From the NCBI RefSeq assembly GCF_006345805.1, contig NW_021833110.1, positions 11,775-75,774 on the forward strand: a stretch of 64,000 nt of DNA, written 5' to 3'. The DNA comes from Octopus sinensis (taxonomy: Eukaryota). Position numbers and translations under genes: made by a program. The notes under the pieces were generated by a model. The model did not search any database. It saw only the letters and a program-made list of their open reading frames with translations, and had not been told where the DNA came from. Shown here one piece after another: positions 26,993-40,779 of this stretch (positions within the stretch are counted from its first letter, which is position 1; every line of letters starts with the position of its first letter).

Positions 26993-27170
26993 TTTACTTG
27001 TTTCAGTTATTAAACTGTGGCTATTCAGAGGCACCGCGTTGAAAAAGTTTAGTTGAACTAAACGACCCTAGTTCGTATTCAAGTTTTGAAGCGTGGTACT
27101 TACTGATTCGTTTTTTTTTCCTAAACTGCTAAGTTACGGGGATCCAAATACTCTGACACAATTACCAACA
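26993..27170 (-). mobile_element. Degenerate SINE family A 3' half
   Basis: TTTACTTGTTTCAGT...GCACCGC...GGTACTTA...CTGCTAAGTTACGGGGA. Confidence 0.75.
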
Positions 27171-27278
27171 GATAGTCTATTAATACATAGAAAAACACAA
27201 AGAAGCACACACATACACACACGCACCCACTTATTCCCCTTTATTTCTCTTTTTCTTACCTCCGGTTTTTCTGCTATT

Positions 27279-27824
27279 GGTGAGTCAAAAAGTAACGCCA
27301 TTTTGTTTAGCACAGGTATAATTACCAACACAGGAACATGTATCATACATCAAAATGAAGCTGGTCTCTCTGTGGATCACAACCCTACTTCTCAAAACAG
27401 TCACCTTTTCTCTCAATAGCAATGTTCCACCTTTGAATGAGAGCATGTATCCTTGCCCTGGAAAATTATGTTGACTATTCTTTGAGCCACTTCTTCGCTA
27501 GAGTTTTCACTTCCTTGTCACTGGACTATCATCTCTTCGGCCCCATGAAAGAGGGTTTGAGAGGCAAACATTATTCCAGTGACGAGGAAGTGAAAACTGT
27601 AGTGAAGAAATGGCTCAAAGAACAGTCACAGAATTTTACGGGCAGGAATTCATGCTGTCTTTCGAAGGCGGACGTTGCTATTGAGAGGAAACGGTGACTA
27701 TGTAGAGAAGTAGGGATGTGATCCCCAAAGGACCAGCTTCATTTTGATGTATGATACATGTTCTTGTGTTGGTAATTATACCTGTCCTAAACAAAATGGC
27801 ATTACTTTTTGACTCACCCTAGTA
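27279..27824. mobile_element. Mariner-derived foldback element (non-autonomous, ~245-bp inverted arms)
   Basis: Ends are GGTGAGTCAAAAAGTAACGCCATTTTGTTTAG and CTAAACAAAATGGCATTACTTTTTGACTCACC. Arms are 27279-27525 and 27575-27818. The plus strand translates DYHLFGPMKEGLRGKHYSSDEEVKTVVKKWLKEQ, the C-terminus of a mariner (DD34D-type) transposase. Confidence 0.9.
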
Positions 27825-28595
27825 TTCCGTGTGTTTATATAATTCGCAATCGCTCTACACAATAAAAGGTTTCTGTTGGGTTTCTAACGAGCAATAAAAT
27901 ACCCATATATTTGTATTAATTAATGTGAAATTCTTCGAAGCATATTTCTTCAATGGATTTATTCGTACCATGCTTTTTGCATGAACCATGCAGGAATATG
28001 TCATATCGCTGGAAATCTCGAAAGAATTTGTCCCTTGATGGTCATAGAGATTCCCGACCCTGTTCTTTGCTTCCATGAAGCCTCGAGATCCTCAATAAAA
28101 TGTGATGTAAAACGGGTTCATTCTCTCACGGGTTCCTTGGAAATAAATTCGTGTCGAGGCCGGAGTTTTTATTGTTCTACTTCTCGCGGAGTGTTGAAAA
28201 GTATTGTCAACATAGGTAGAATTTGATCTCAGAAGGTATCGGGCCGGAAGAAATGTTGCAAACTGTTTTGTCCGACGCGCTAATGATTCTGCCAGCTGAA
28301 GTGATAATAATAACTTATTATCATCAGGCGAAAGATGTGCAGCATTGTGTTGATACAGAGTTGTTTGTATTGATCGATGTGATTTAATGATATTTGTTTG
28401 ATCGACTCGAGATGAAAGAATTTGAAAGAAAAGACAAAACCATCGGGAGTTGAACCATTTATCTTGATCAACAAAGCTAAATTTCTATATAGCAATTTCG
28501 TGAAATCTCATCTCATAGGAAATGCCATGGTGTTAATGAAGTAGCTTCGCGATCTTGCGTTTTTGGTTTCGAACAACAGCTTCGTGCTTTGGGTA

Positions 28596-28765
28596 GAAAG
28601 GCGAAGATTTGACAAAATGCTTAGCGGCACTTCGTCTGTCTTTACGTTCTGTGATCAAATTCTGCCGAGGTCCTTGCCTTTCATCCTTTCTGTGGTTGAT
28701 AAAAAATGTACCCGGTGATAACTAGGGTCGAACTGCCCCGAAATACCTAATTGTGAAACCAATAT
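28596..28765 (+). mobile_element. Degenerate SINE family B copy
   Basis: AAAATGCTTAGCGGCACTTCGTC...TCAAATTCTGCCGAGGTC..TTGCCTTTCATCCTTTC. Confidence 0.75.
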
Positions 28766-30279
28766 TGTAAGCCACACGAAAGTTTTATAACAAAGGGAAA
28801 ATTTATTTATTTCTCCACGGTACAAATCTTCGGTTAAATATTGTTTGGAGACATGCAATGAGGGGTAAAGTTTAATCTCTGGTAAATACAGTGACTTTGT
28901 CGGGCACGATAATTGCTCATTAGATCTGTTTAGTGAAGAACAGTTACGCAGTAATTACGCCACGTAAGCTGGTCAAGCATTTCTCCAGCTTTGTTTAGAA
29001 TCTGTAAACCTCAGATAAAAATTTCAATTGTTGCTGAAACCAACAATGAGGACATCTTTGCAGCCTGGAGTGAAAAACACGATAGCATTCAAATATGCAA
29101 TCGCTCGCAGACAAACTTGTCTTTAGACCCATGAAATTAGAGAAAAACCAAACGAAAACAAAACCATGTTACCGTACCGATATAAAGATCCATTAACAAG
29201 TTAGATTTACGAACATGATAATAATAATTTCGAAAAGCAATTAAAAATTGCCGTATTATTTTGCCGAAGTCTTTGTTTTTTATTGACACATCGTTAAAGG
29301 CAATTGTGCTAAATACTCCGGTAATTATAGGACTGCAACGAGCTCGATTAATGAGTCTTTCAAACTAATGCCACTTTGTACCGCACCGAGTTACAGGAAT
29401 AAATACAACTAATCTGCGCTTTGTAGAAACTCTGATATGATTCTTATGAAATTAGACGATTCGATAGAGTTTATTTTGTATCGTTGCCATTTCCCAAACA
29501 AAACTGGGTCAAACCTATTAATATGAACATTTATCTAATTCAAAACATAATACTACATTCCAGTGAGGCTTTTAGGTTTCTGCATGTAATGCTTTATAAC
29601 TTTCTGTTCGCTTAGAATATACTGTTATAACATCGATAATCTTATCCTACAGTCACTGCGTTGGTGTGTTCGAGTGTTACGCCTTAAATGACCATCAATA
29701 CCGAATGCTGTCAAAGATATCTAAATCTACAACCTATTGGAACAAGGTAAGTCCATGCTTTCAACAACAATACGTGCGTATAAAATGGGCACACATAAAT
29801 AATTTGACTTAATTAATTTCAGACGTAAGCGGAGCTCATTTATACCAGCATTTGGCTGGTATATTATTTTATCTTCGTTGGTTATCGGAAAAACAAGATT
29901 ATCCCCAGTGGGAAAAAACAAACAAACGTGAAACGAAAAGATTCAAAAGAAATACCGCAATGTATTTCATTTATCCAATAATTTAATGATGTTATATGAA
30001 ACAAGTGCAAGAATTAAAGTTTTAAACGAATGAAATCCGAGACATGATCAAAAGATTTTAGAGAATGCAGCAATGCTATGAATAATTACAAACTCATGGA
30101 GCAAACTATAAATAATACTCAAAAGCTCCATGTACAGGGAAGTGGAGAACTCCAAATATCTCGCTAGATTTGATTAATATTTACTTAGTGTCATCGAGTG
30201 CAAAACTAGAAATTAATAAAATAACAGATTTATTTCTTAGCGCAGACAGTGGCACAGAGTATAATACGTACGAAGTGTT

Positions 30280-30860
30280 GTTATGAATAGTCATTGTGGA
30301 TAAATCATAAGAATAGTTCTTACTGATAGATGTAATGGATATTTCTTGCAGATAATTCCAACGGATACATCTTATGGATATTCATCATACACATATCTTG
30401 TGCTTGATTTTTATATTGCTTATGCACAATTCTTATGCGGTTCGTATTCGTTATGAATAATCATTTATTATCGATATATGTCACAGATATTCCTTATGCA
30501 TATTTCTCGTAGATATCTCTCATTGATACTTTATTATTAATGTTCTTTATTCATAGTCCATATGCATAGTTTTTAAGTGTAGTCCTTACATACAGCCCTT
30601 ATGCAGTGTTCTTACGGATAGTTCCCATAAATAGCTTTTTTCTCATATCATATAGATATATTTTAAAGATATTTTATGAATAATTCTTAAAGCCATGCAC
30701 ATATATTCCTTATGAGTAATTCATGTGCATAACTTTTATTTATAGTGCTTCTGTATATCCTTCTGGGAAAGTTCTTATAGAGAGACATGGATGGCTCTGA
30801 TATACAAATGTTATTTTTATGGGTGGTGACTTTGTATAATGCAAATGGATATTTCTTACC
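30280..30860. repeat. Highly degenerate 13-bp minisatellite (consensus ~ATAGTTCTTATGC)
   Basis: In-phase units such as ATAGTCCATATGC ATAGTTTTTAAGT GTAGTCCTTACAT ACAGCCCTTATGC AGTGTTCTTACGG ATAGTTCCCATAA around 30553-30630. Confidence 0.75.
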
Positions 30861-31154
30861 CATCAGAATAAAATACCCTAACGTTACTTGCGACCATTAA
30901 GACCAAAAAAAAAACTTTAATCATATTGGACGATACTGCTCATAAGTTAGAGTTCTTGAACATGATTGCTTCTACTGCGGTAGCCTAGGGCTAAAAAAGA
31001 ACGTGTGAGAGTTATATAATGGTTTCGGATTACATTGTAAAGCCAGCGATATTGTCATACAGGATAAATTTGTATCATCGATACCAGACATTGCTCGGTA
31101 TATTAATTTGTCAACTACAGTGAGATTCGAAGGCAGATCAAAAAATGGGATGAA

Positions 31155-31455
31155 TATCGGTTTAAAATTTCGGCACAAGGCCAGCACGTTCGGGGCAGAC
31201 AATAGGCCGATAACATCGATCTCAGAGCTGGTACATAATTTATTGACGCCTAGAAGACGAAAGGCAACGTTGACCCTGGTTGATTTTGAACTCAGAAGGC
31301 AAAGTCGAGCGAAATGATGCTAAGAATTTTTCCCGGCGTGCGAACGATTCAGCACACTCGCCTTCTTGTTCATCTGGTACTTATTTTATCGACCCCGAAA
31401 TGATAAACGGCAAAATCGACTCTGCCCACATTTGAACTCAGGACGTAAGAACGGT
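31155..31455 (-). mobile_element. Two older SINE family B copies in tandem
   Basis: TTTGAACTCAG occurs at ~31286 and ~31431; CTGGTACTTATTTTATCGACCCCGAAA at ~31374. Confidence 0.8.
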
Positions 31456-31684
31456 AGAAGAGCTGCTGACATTTTCATCAGCTTCAGAACTCCAGATTTC
31501 TATGTTACCGGAATAAAAAAAACTTGTAACTCGTTGGCAAAACTGTGTTGATTGTAATGGTACTTTCTTCGATGAATAAAATATCTGCATTGTTGCGATG
31601 AATTTCATGTTTCAAAACATTGCTTACTTCTTATTCAGCCTGAGAGCATTGCACTGGCTTTGTCATAGACGTGATATAAGTACC

Positions 31685-31903
31685 TATTTATTTACTACCC
31701 ACAAGGGGCTAAACACAGAGGGGACAAACAAAGCGATTAAGTCGATTACATCGACCCCAGTGCGTAACTGGTACTTTATTTATCGACCCCGAAAAGATGA
31801 AAGGCAAAGTCGACCTCGGCGGAATTTGAACTCAGAACGTAACGGCAGACACAAATACGACTACGCATTTCGCCCGGCGTGCTAACGTTTCTGCCAGCTC
31901 ACC
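31685..31903 (-). mobile_element. Young full-length SINE family B with 17-bp TSD
   Basis: Minus-strand head GGTGAGCTGGCAGAAACGTTAGCACGCCGGGCG, B box GAGTTCAAATTCC, central GCCTTTCATC.TTTCGGGGTCGATAAA. TSD GACGTGATATAAGTACC at 31668-31684 and 31904-31920. Confidence 0.93.
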
Positions 31904-32939
31904 GACGTGATATAAGTACCAGTTACGCACAAGGTTTGATATAATCCGCTGTCCTTCTTCTCTCCAAATTTTCAAGAGCTTACACCTACAGTGGAAATAG
32001 TTATATCTAGTTCTCCATTGCTCCATATGTTAAACGCTATTATTAGACAACAATATGGTGCAATTTATGAAAGTGGGATGTTTTTGGTGCCATTGGTACC
32101 AGGCCCAGCGACTACCTATAAAGACAGTCTTCCACCTGTATGAATCGACTCACTTTTCTTTAATTCTTTGCTCCATGAAGGATAAGCCTTGGAAAGAACG
32201 TATACTAATAATCATTCCGTTCAAAACTTGATAGATTTTGGCAGTTTGTCAAAATAACTTAAGTTCACTCGCATAAAATATGTATCTTAAGGCAGTTCTG
32301 TACTTCCATAGAAAATATATTGGCACTGCATCATACAACACACATCTTTCATAGTATTACGTCTTTCTTTCATTTTTCTTCATCTTCCATCGTTTTTGCT
32401 TCATTCGTTAATTTCATTCTTCCTCTCAGTCTTCCATCCTTCTTTTCCATCTCACCAATTTTCTCTCTTCTCTACAACTTTTCTACCTTGCTATGTATGC
32501 ACCTCTGCATCTAACTGCCTATATATAACTCCCTCTCTGTATCTGTATCATGTATAACCTTATCTATCAATCTATCCTATCGTATGATATTGTATGATAT
32601 ATACCTATATCTCTACATATTTATTTATCTTTTTTTTTTTTTTTTAACCCCCCCCATTTTTTTTGTCCTCTTTCTCTCCTTTTACGATCCCTTTTGATCG
32701 AAACTCCCCCTTCCTTTTTTTTTTTTTTTTTTTTAAACCTTCAAAAGAAAAGCTCTACCTTGTAATTTGTTCTATCTGTGTGCAGCCCTGTGTGGCTAAT
32801 AAAGAAACATATCTATATATCTACCTATCTATCCATTTATTTACCTCTGTGCGTAGCTATCTATCTATTTATCTATCCCTCTATCTACTTCTCTATTTAC
32901 CCCTCTATCTCTCTATCAATCAATCTATATATCAATCTA

Positions 32940-33505
<566 letters not shown>

Positions 33506-33814
33506 CACCTCTTTCAAAACAGACTTTGGTGTAGTTTCAACTCCCCATATTATATCATAACATCCATCGCTCATCTACAACTTTTGTGCCTAGCGCTAAA
33601 CTATTGCCATACAATAGATTCTCAGCTTTTCTTCTGTGCATTAATCTCTGTTGATACGTTTTCAACAAAGCAACGCCAACAAAACTAGTCACTCAATAAA
33701 CTTTCACCATATATCATGTAATGATATTAATCATATAGCATTCATTTGTTTCAGTGATTGGACTGCAGCAATACCTGCGCACCACTTTGAACGGTTTTCG
33801 AGAAGAAATCGCTA

Positions 33815-33845
<31 letters not shown>

Positions 33846-33848
<3 letters not shown>

Positions 33849-34001
33849 GCTGTGTGGTAAGTAGGTTGCTAACCAACCACATGGTTCCGGGTTCAGTCCC
33901 ACTGCGTGGCATCTTGAGTAAGTGTCTTCTGCTATAGCCCCGGGCCGACCAATGCCTTGTGAGTGGATTTGGTAGACGGAAACTGAAAAAAGCCTGTCGT
34001 A

Positions 34002-34070
<69 letters not shown>

Positions 34071-34236
34071 TGTGTGTCTGTGTTTGTCCCCCTAGCATTG
34101 CTTGACAACCGATGCTGGTGTGTTTACGTACCCGTCACTTAGCAGTTCGGCAAAAAGAACCGATAGAATAAGTACTGGGCTTACAAAGAATTAGTCCCGG
34201 GATCAAATGACTGAAACAAGTAAAAGAGTAAAAAGA
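33846..34236 (+). mobile_element. SINE family A (tRNA head, CORE-like centre, internal microsatellite)
   Basis: GTGGCTGTGTGGTAAG (A box), GGGTTCAGTCCC (B box), CTTGAGTAAGTGTCTTCT, and tail GACTGAAACAAGTAAAAGAGT. Confidence 0.9.
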
Positions 34237-34243
34237 TTATATA

Positions 34244-34322
<79 letters not shown>

Positions 34323-34327
34323 AAGAT

Positions 34328-34555
34328 TGCACCTACAAAGCATACCTCTAATCACATGTCCGGGTAAGGAGGTTTATGGAAGACCAGCAGTAACTGATGC
34401 ACGCCAGCCTCTCCGCGCCACGCCACCAGCGACGTCGCAACTAATTTGTACAGCGGAGTGAACTGGAGGAACGTGGAATAGAAGTATCTTGCCCAAGTAC
34501 AAAACACGCAGTCCTATCCGGGAATTGAAACTATTACCTTACGACTGGGAACCCC
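34328..34555 (-). mobile_element. Diverged SINE family D copy
   Basis: TTGCACCTA...TTTATGGAAGACCAGCAGT...GAGTGAACTGGAG...CCGGGAATTGAAAC. Confidence 0.7.
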
Positions 34556-34571
34556 GACACATACATATATA

Positions 34572-34625
<54 letters not shown>

Positions 34626-34666
34626 ATATATATATTATATATAGAGAGAGAGAGAGAGAGAGAGTG

Positions 34667-34713
<47 letters not shown>

Positions 34714-34722
34714 GAGATAGAC

Positions 34723-34767
<45 letters not shown>

Positions 34768-35813
34768 CGTATATAAATAGATAGATATACATTTATATAC
34801 ATACATATATATACATATACACACATACATACATATATATGTGTGTGTGTGTGTGTGTAGGCATGTATGTATGTATATTTGTGTGTGCCTGTGTGTATAC
34901 AAATGTAAGTGTATTTTGCCTCACGAAGCATTATTTTGAACATGTAGCATACGAATTCACAGACACACATCTATACACACACGTACGTATACACTCTCCA
35001 ACTCACGTCTATACACGTCTGTTTGCATACGTACATACACCAATGTGCGTGTGTATGTGTGTGCGTTCGTGTTTTTGCCTGTGTGTGTGTGTGTGTGCAT
35101 GTAAGTGTGTGTGTGTGTGTTTCTTAATACATACAAAGAAGCCATCACACATTCTTTTACTCCGTTGATCACAGTAAATACACAAGAAAAGAATTTCTTT
35201 AGAATATCTCTATTGGTTCCCTGGGCAGCCATATTTTCTCTACAATTCTTCATAGGAATAGTTGAATTTCACTATTAGCAGAGATCTGGATTCTCTATTG
35301 AATAGTTAAAATTGAATATTATTTCCAATAGGTTATAGAATCGCCGTCAATAAAAGTTTGGCTTATTTTATACGCGAGGCAGTAACTTTAGCTTTAGAAT
35401 TTTTGAAGATTCATCTTTGGCTCTCTCTAACAACTACGAACTTTATTCAAACGTGATTTTTTTTTTCTCCTTTTCAGTTTGTAATTTTGTGACAAATTCG
35501 TGATAAACACTTCTTTTGCTTGCATTATTGGGGATGCACTGTCGTTTTATTGAAAATCTCATACGAATACATAGATACGCTAAACACACGCACAAATAGT
35601 CAAACACTGGAATCGTGAGATGGCGCACACACAGCGCATACACATAGACTTACACACTCACACACACACACACTTTCAAGTTTTCTCTCTATCTCTTTCT
35701 CTTCCTCTCTCTCTCCCATGCGCACAAACACACATATATTTTACATTCTGTGCAAGTTCTGGCACATATATGTCAAATCGCTAGGTATCTTTTTCTCTCT
35801 ATGATATACGCTT

Positions 35814-35852
<39 letters not shown>

Positions 35853-35879
35853 TTCTTTCTCTCTCTCTCTCAATCTATC

Positions 35880-35988
35880 TATCTATAGACAGACAGACTG
35901 TTAGACAGACAGACAGACGGACAGACAGACAGACAAAAAGACTGACAGACAGACAAATCGATCGATAGATAGATTGATAGATAGATAA

Positions 35989-36073
<85 letters not shown>

Positions 36074-36128
36074 GGGAGGGAGGGATGGATGGATGGATGG
36101 ATGGATGGACAGGGAGACAGGCAGACAT

Positions 36129-36186
<58 letters not shown>

Positions 36187-36530
36187 GGGGAGATAGGTAT
36201 ATAGATATATACATGGATGGAGAGATAGATTGATAGATAGATAGATGTGCGTTTGTCTGTGTGCGTCTGTATGTGTGTGAGTCTATTAGTGAGTGAGTGA
36301 GTAAGTTAATGAACACACGAACACACACGTACACATGCACGCACACACGTACACACTCACACACTCATGGTGATACACATACACGCACGCACACACACTC
36401 ACATGCACACACACACACTCACATGCACACACACACAAGTACACACACATACACCCATGCGCACACACACACATGCACACACACACATACACACATGCAC
36501 AGACACACAAACACACACACACACGTATAG
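35880..36530. repeat. (GACA)/(GATA)n/(GGAT)n followed by (CA)n compound repeat
   Basis: Direct reading. Confidence 0.95.
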
Positions 36531-38124
36531 GTACAGATATATTTGGTATAATTTTTTTTACCGGTGATTCTCGCTTAAATTATGTAAAAAAAATATCGAC
36601 GAGGAAAATTTTAGAAATGCTGAGCATCGAACCACTGATTCTAAATGATTGATTCTGTTCCATGTTACGGACCAATTTATACTATTCTTATTGTTCTTAA
36701 AGACGAGAACTGGTGACTGTTCTTTAAAAACAGGTGAGTCCGCTGTTCCTGATTTATCATACAAAACAATTAAATACTATATTGATCCTCCGAAGATATA
36801 AATATACTTATTATTTCATGATTATTATCAAAATATATAATATACGAAGAACATAAAATTTATATGAAAAGCAATGAATATATAAAATAATTGTTTTGAG
36901 GTTGAAAATTTAAATTTCAAATTTCAAATTTAGGCACAACAGAGATAGATTGATGTAATATATATTCTGAATATATATCCAGTATTTTGGACAAAAATCG
37001 ATATGTCGACAATAGGGAATATAAGTGTACCGCAGTGTGAATCTTCGAAAGTAGTCACTCGAATAGCTAGAAATAACTACCGAGTTTTATTACATAGCAA
37101 GCCTGTTTGATATCGAGTTTTATTAAATAACAAGCCCGTTTGAAGATATGATGTTAAAATCAAGAAAGGAATGGCTTCGGTTATAATATCTTCTGTAATA
37201 TTTCCACCAAATCCTAGTGATTTATCTGTAAATAATAAAGATTTGAGCAACTCCAATAGAAGCCCTAATACAGTCGCACACTCTGCTTGAATAATGGCTA
37301 AGCTTAATTGAAATAACGCTATGTCTTAAAAGTTTGAAATGAAAGAATATCATTGGTTGACGTAGATCCTGTGGTTTTGACTGACCTCCATTTTCAGCAA
37401 TGATACATTCACGAAAGAGAAGCAAAAGGTAAAAAACAGAACAAACCATAACAGTACGTCATCAGCTGTTTGACTAAGTATTCAGACGGTTTCGTCACTT
37501 TGTGATAGGCTTATGAAAAAACCATTATAATACGGTAACTAAGCCATTTATACAATAAAAACAAGACGTAAAATTACAATCTGCGGCTGAGAAAGATGAT
37601 TTACTCACAACGAAATTAGATATAAAACTGTTTACTATCTCAAAAAAAACAGTAGTTATTTACTAGGAAAAGCGGGACAAATAAATAAAATAATGCATAA
37701 AATACGACACGGAAAGAAAATCAAATAAGTAGACGAAGGAAGAAGCTCTAAAGAAAATGGTGGACAGAAGTAAAATACATCTACACATAACCCTCTCGAA
37801 ATTTTCTGTAAAGATGTTAGTATTGAAAGATTTGATTATGTTTGAGATGTAAAATAATAAACAAAACTTAGCCCAACACATTAACTTGCAGTACACCATT
37901 AATGGGTGTAAATGATCTTGATTTAACTCTGACGGCCATAATATGGCGCGTTCAGGCTTGCGGTGAGCGCGAAAACCGGTTCCTGATATTCAACTATTGG
38001 GCAGATTTGGTCATGAAATTCCTATGGTCAACTCTGCTAATAGCTTTACGGAAGTAATCCCTGCCACCGATGAATTTCCAGGAAAACTATGGTATGCAAC
38101 TATGCATCTGTATGTATGCAGGTA

Positions 38125-38622
38125 TCTTTTATCTTTTTTTTGTTTCAATCATTTGACTGCGATCATGCTGGGGCATCGTCATAATCGAATGAATGGACTC
38201 TAGTACCTATTCTAAAGGTTGCTTTTTTGCCGAACCGCTAAGTCACATTGAACTAAACACACCGGCATCGGTTGACGAATGGCGGTGTTAGTTCACACAT
38301 ACACACACAATATAAATTTATATAAGCTGAGACCCTTTTTGGTCATGAATGACCATGGGATTGCACCTAGAAAGTTACCCTCCCAGGCACAAGTCCGGGC
38401 AAGCATGTTTATGGAAGACTAGCAGTCTTCCATACATATATATATATATATATCAATTATGTATTGATATAAACTGTCCAATAAAGCCAGAAACATATGT
38501 ACCGTTAATTCCTTTGCATCCTGTCTTTCTTTTGATAAATATACCCCATCACCTACACCACTAACTGGCATATACAGGTGCTTACAATTATCAAGTATTC
38601 ACCCTGAATTTTTTGTACCTAA

Positions 38623-38659
<37 letters not shown>

Positions 38660-38795
38660 GACGAACTTATTTTAGTTTCTATCTACAAAAACCCACACGA
38701 CTCTGAAAAAGAAGATACTTACCGAAGATGTCACGCAATGCGACTAAACCCGGAACCATGTGGTCGGGAAGCAAGCACTGTCACACTTGCGCCTC
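38125..38795 (-). mobile_element. Cluster of SINE fragments (family A 38125-38290 and 38660-38795; family D 38330-38432)
   Basis: TTTCAATCATTTGACTGCG..CATGCTGG; GACCATGGGATTGCACCTAGAAAGTTACCCTCC; CCCGGAACCATGTGGTCGGGAAGCAAGC. Confidence 0.75.
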
Positions 38796-39832
38796 CCACA
38801 AAACCACGCCTAATTGCTAATGTTTTTAAGCGTAAGTATACAAAAATATCTGCGGGTGATATATTTTCGCCATTATATTATTAAAAAAGGATGGCAGACA
38901 ATTAGTCAGATATGGCGGAATAAGTGGCAAAAAGTTCACCGTAAAGAGATGTGCCCTTTTATAATTATCTTTTATGTTTTTGTTTTTTTTGTTGTTTTTT
39001 TTTTGTTTTTGGTTTGTTATATTCCCAGGAAATACTTTTTCACTTTTTTCTTTGATTGGGTCTTTAAAATAATTTCCTGTGAAGAACTTCGTGTCAATGA
39101 GATTGACTGCATATGACGTCCCCCGACGTTAATATATAAATAGTTTCCTTTGAAATGATATCCTACGATTATTGATATTTCTTACAGTAATATAGTCCAC
39201 TCAGAACAGAAAAATAAAAATATAAGCCTCCGTGTCTCTTTTTCTACTGCATCTCGCCTCTTCCTTTCTTTCCTTATTTCTTTCTTTCTATCTTTCTTTT
39301 TCTCTCACTCTCTCACTACCTTATTCACACGCACACACACAGCCACATTCATATACAAATGTCAATATTTCCTTTTTTTGTTTTTTCTCTCGATATATTA
39401 TGGAAAGTTCTTTCGGATTTTCTTTTCGTCATTCTCCATTTCTCACTTATTGTTCTGATAGAATTTTTTCTTCTTCTCAGAAGACCGTTTCCTTAACGAT
39501 AATTCCCATAATATATTTATTCATTTGCTTTTTCTATTTTTCGTTACCAGTTCCGTCTCGAACTTCACCAAATCTCAATCTACTTATTTCACAACTCCAA
39601 CGAAAAGACCGATTAATTTTCTTTTAAATAAACTATTCATTTCTTTAAGACGCTGTAGGCCTCACATATATTCATCTACCACATGTTGTGACAAAAAAAA
39701 ATGAATGCGAAATCACCTAGGTATACACCGAACTTGATAGAAGTCGAAAAATCTGTAGGTTAAAACAGGTGCCTACGTTCACATGTTTGTATTTTATTTC
39801 TTTCACTGATAGGACAGTGACAGTATATCTTC

Positions 39833-40025
39833 TTGGCCAAACACTCACCCATCAATTTCAGCCGGATATAGTTATCATTATACTATGTAACTTCCATAGT
39901 AGCTTTCTCTCTGTAACTTACACAGCATTCTGCGTTTGTTTACAAATAGTATATTTGTAGTATTAGATAGTTTAAGTATCTATTAACTAAATTTGGCTGA
40001 AACTGATGGGTGAGCGTTTGGCCAA
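39833..40025. repeat. 42-bp inverted repeat with ~110-bp spacer
   Basis: TTGGCCAAACACTCACCCATCAATTTCAGCCGGATATAGTTA (39833-39874) versus the reverse complement of 39984-40025, TTGGCCAAACGCTCACCCATCAGTTTCAGCCAAATTTAGTTA. Confidence 0.88.
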
Positions 40026-40779
40026 TCGGATAGGCAAGAAGCCATGTTAGCTTTGACTTTTGGGGTTTGATTCTGGCTGAGGTTAGCCAATCATTTTTCA
40101 ATCATTTCTTTGTATTCATAAATTGTCGCTTCAAATCGGAGAACAAAATAATTTTATATGTTATTATACATCTATATATATATATCTTCTATTATATTAT
40201 GTTATATTATATTATATTATTTATGTATATATGTGTGTAGAGTAGTACAAATGTATAGAGAAAACTGCAGTAAGAAACCAAATAATAACAAACGTAGACA
40301 AGCATGCACATACACATTAAAGAGAAAGCTGCACAATCAATCACAAAGACCGAACTACAAACATGTAACTCTGCACACAAATACTAACAAGAAGTTTCCA
40401 TTAGTCTCTCCGACTACTAAATCCACCGGCGTGGCTCTTACTGACCTACCCAAGTGGGAATGAACCCAGAAACATTTTTCTAAGATTCAAACTTCTTACC
40501 ACACGCCTATGAATATGGCTTTAATATATAGACATTTAGCGTCACTTTGAAATTAATCCTTTCTCGCTTAAGTAACAGAGATTTTCATTGATTGTTATGA
40601 AGAAGAAGAGAACTAGTTTTGGCTTTGCTTAAAATCTAATCGGTCACTTTCTCCCTATGACCATCAAATATTAGAATTGAAGAAGACTAATTCGTTTAAA
40701 TCTTTAAGGATTAAAGCATATTGCATTGCGAATAGCACGACTTGATTGATATGATGGTATGCTATTGCTTCTTGATCCC

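Noticed and set aside
30280-30860. Possible CRISPR-like array
   Set aside because: Contiguous 13-bp units with no repeat-spacer alternation, no cas genes, and a eukaryotic context.
36703-36739. Possible 31-nt microexon ending in CAG/GTGAGT
   Set aside because: Weak AAG acceptor, not frame-preserving, no partner exons; such donors occur by chance in 64 kb.
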